A DNA stretch of 64,000 bases from Chrysomallon squamiferum (Eukaryota; Animalia; Mollusca), in the NCBI GenBank assembly GCA_012295275.1, contig CM022669.1, forward strand, positions 13,392,001 to 13,456,000, given 5' to 3'. Positions 60,445-64,000 of this stretch are shown here, one piece after another. Positions within the stretch are counted from its first letter, which is position 1. Each line of letters opens with the position of its first letter. The translations under genes and the position numbers were made by a program. A model generated the notes under the pieces. The model did no database searches. It was given only the letters and a program-made list of their open reading frames with translations, and was not told the DNA's origin.

Positions 60445-60495
60445 CGGTTCCTGACAATATAGGCTATCTTGGAAGGTGCATGTAGAATATCCGGT
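60445..60495 (+). mobile_element. Short SINE family B core fragment
   Basis: gctatcttggaaggtgcatgtagaatatcc resembles gggaaggtgcatataacatatc (34656-34677). Confidence 0.4.
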
Positions 60496-60505
60496 ATTTA
60501 CTGAT

Positions 60506-60568
<63 letters not shown>

Positions 60569-61066
60569 TATACTTACTTCTTTTTTTAATTCTAATTTTT
60601 AATTTTATTATTATTATTATTATTATTATTTTTTTTTTTTTACGTTATTCTTATTTATTTATTCTTTTATTATTTTTATTTCTAACATGGCTTATAAAAA
60701 AAACCGGTCGCAGTTGTCTTTAAAAACAATATGTGATGACATGTCTCTGAAATATCCGTTACTTTAATAATTCATTCATTCATTCATAGATTCTTTCAAT
60801 CCAATACACAGATAAATATGGCTCAGTGATTGGAATATTATTAAGTTCGGTCTCGCATCTGCAGCCAGACTGAATGTGTTTAGGGTGGCAATATTCTGGT
60901 AACGAAATGTCAGTGGGAATCGATTGGTAGAAAGAAAAAGCTCAGAATCATGCTTCTTTATTATGAAACTAATTCTGAAAATTAAACAAGCAAAAAAGTA
61001 GACGAAGAAGAAAGAAATTTTTGATATTAATTGCACGCCGTCTGTAACAAAAAACAGCTAATCAGC

Positions 61067-61182
<116 letters not shown>

Positions 61183-63182
61183 TATACCTTCTCAGCCACA
61201 ACACACCCACACAAAATCCTCCCAGTAAAAATGTTTTATTCGAGAACAATAATTATCGCGAGAAGACTACTGACTTTGCAGCAGATGAAAACACAAACAT
61301 AATTGATTTACTTCTTACGTGAATATTGGTTTTTGTCAAACTCCGTGGGCTGTTTATGATTATATACAGTGCAGATAAATGTACTGGTGTGACTTGGAAA
61401 GCAGTAAACATATATAAATGTTTGTATCTCAAATATCCTTTATCATCTTAATAAAAATTTATATAGTTCATAAAAACCCTGTGAATTAGATTTTTCTCTT
61501 TTTATTAAAGAAACGTGCTGTATAGTTTATAATATTGACAGATTTTCATTCTCGTCAAAAGCTCTTTTTTTTATCTTTTTTTTCTAAATAATTTTAATAG
61601 ATATTTTTGTAAATGGCAGTTTATTATTATCATTATTATTATTTATTCTCCTATTTAATTAATTCACAACAATAATAATAATGCATGTACAAACGCTTAA
61701 AATCAAATACGAATTAATCTTTATTCGCTGTTATTATCTGTTGTTGTTATTTTTGATCGTTAACTAACTTCCTTATCATCACAGAGTAAAACTGGAGTCT
61801 TTTCAGTCGAGTACTTTCTATACAACAGATACGTAAATACATTCAACAAATATCCCAGAAAAAATTTTTTTTTTTTAAGCAATATGTATTTTAAAAACAT
61901 TACGTAAATCTGTAAAGCCTAATACAAGCCTGCTCCACGTAGAGGTTACACTAAGGCAGATCTAGTCTGTCTTCAAACCCCTGTCTTTATTCGTACCCAG
62001 TGACCAGATTCCCCCTCCCCCTTTGACTCTACGTGCTACTGGATATTCCCTGGTAATAATTGTCGTCTGCAAGCGGCGCGGAAAACAGGTGTTTCTAAAC
62101 GATTTCTGTAACCGTTCAAGGTCATCTCAATCTCGTAGCGACTGTCAATTACAGAGCTAAACGCGGCAGAATTTCTTTGTATGAATATGTATGTGTCTTG
62201 CACATAACCCGCGGCAATCCGAACAGTTTAGAGGGAAATAAGTGTAATCACTTAGTACTAGTATATATATATATTTTTTCTTCTTCTTCTTTATTTTTGT
62301 TGAACTTTTTCATTTTGATGTCGATGTACTTGTTTGATTTTATTATTATTATTATTATTATTGTTATTATAGTTATTAATGTTGTTGTTATTGTTATTAT
62401 AATTATTATTATAGTTGGTATTATAGTTATTATTACTAGTACTACCACCGCAGCTATAGATGTTTTTGTTTTCGTTATTGTTGTTATCATCATCATTATC
62501 ATTAAGTAAACTGAACAGAATTAGACTGAAAAAAATTCCACTTCTAGTTAGAACCACGTTCTAACCAGCTACAGCTAGCTGTACCGTCTCTATTTTATCA
62601 CTATTTCTCCACAGACAAACGTAAACAAAAAAAAACGTTTTTTAAGCTGAGGAACACTAGTCGGGTTAGGAACTGTATAAGGAAACTGTACGTGTGAGAG
62701 AAAACACTTGAGTGTTGCACTGGTACAGTTGTTTTGCTGGAAAACAGTTCGACATTTGAAGAAAGAAAATCAATGAGTCTGTCAGATACGCCCAAATTGC
62801 CCCAAAAACTAATCAGCGACTCACCAAACCCAGCATCTCCATTTCTATGACTTTTGAAGAGAAAATCTAATTTCTCTCCCCTGAGACAATCTCGTAAATT
62901 TCTGCTAAATCCACGTAAAGAAACTGATATTTTTTTTCTTATTATTATTTTTTTATTTTTTTAAACTTAGGAATAGATGAAAAGTGTTTAAACTCTTTCG
63001 TGGTTTCAGCATGCCGTGAAAAAAAGAAAAAAGAAAGTAAACAAATAAATATTAATGATGATATGAAATTAGAATGCTTGAATAAATCATTTTCTTTTAG
63101 TATTTTGTTCAGCTTCCTTTTTTTTCTTTATTATTATTATGATTATTATCATCATCATCATCATTATTATTAGTAGTAGTAG

Positions 63183-63221
<39 letters not shown>

Positions 63222-63679
63222 AACTACTACTACTGCTACTACTACTACTACTATTATTATTATTTATCTATTTATTTATTTATTTATTTATTTATTGTTA
63301 TTATTGTTATTATTATTAAAAAAATTTTGGCCTGTTTCTTTTCTTTCTTTAAATTATTAAATTAATTCCTTACAACCCTTATTCATCTTCAAACAAAGAA
63401 AAGAAAAAAAAAAGTAATAATAATAAAACAAAAATTTAAAGTCTAAAATAAAACTATTATTAATGAAATTAACTGTTTAATTTCTCAACTCACCGGTCTT
63501 GACTAGTAGATTCACGAGTATTGATTCAGTAGTCGCCTGCAAAAATTACCCATCACAGCAAAGTAGTTCTTAAATAACAAGAACCTATTTGTTATTTGTA
63601 AAATGAAAACCGTTTCCAAAATAGTACTGTAATGATCTAAACCAGTTACTGAACACTAAAGAAAAAACTCTGAACACAC

Positions 63680-63690
63680 TATGTGTGTGC

Positions 63691-63773
<83 letters not shown>
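63680..63773. repeat. (TG)n microsatellite
   Basis: Read directly. Confidence 0.95.
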
Positions 63774-63780
<7 letters not shown>

Positions 63781-64000
63781 AGTAATTTATGAAAGTGTAT
63801 ATGGTTGAGTCCAAAAGTTCATATTTTTGGTCAATACACTAAAGTAGGAAATTTATCTGTTCATTATTTTTTGCCTTTAATTATATGTATGTACATGTGT
63901 GTGTGTGTGTATATATATACATATAATAAAGTATAATAAAAACCAGTAATAGCCTGACGATTAAGGGTTACGAATAAACAGTAAAATAAATTGTAATCAT

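Noticed and set aside
62547-62580. Helitron 3' end (hairpin gttagaac-cac-gttctaac, then CTAG)
   Set aside because: Hairpin is AT-rich, CTAG is not followed by T, and no 5' TC end or second copy was seen.

Overview
AT-rich, microsatellite-saturated animal (eukaryotic) non-coding DNA. It is probably molluscan, inferred from the SINE types and repeat landscape. I find no intact protein-coding gene, RNA gene, CRISPR array or prokaryotic system; nearly all ORFs in the supplied track are translations of (AG)n, (ATAC)n, (AAT)n and similar tracts. What the sequence does support: (i) a 213-bp Tc1/mariner deletion derivative with 27-bp TIRs, a TA TSD and the transposase C-terminal tail; (ii) four copies of a tRNA(Arg)-like SINE and several copies of a second, Meta-domain-like SINE; (iii) about a dozen heavily decayed RTE-clade LINE ORF2 3' relics, recognised by eye from frameshifted translations, which appear to account for a good share of the seemingly unique sequence; (iv) four 27-30-bp minisatellite arrays, one with ABC higher-order structure, plus local duplications; and (v) a few candidate cis-regulatory motif clusters, including a strong CTCF-type motif inside a LINE relic. 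I did not find a convincing novel biological system. All TE family assignments come from remembered consensus motifs and need HMM/BLAST confirmation.
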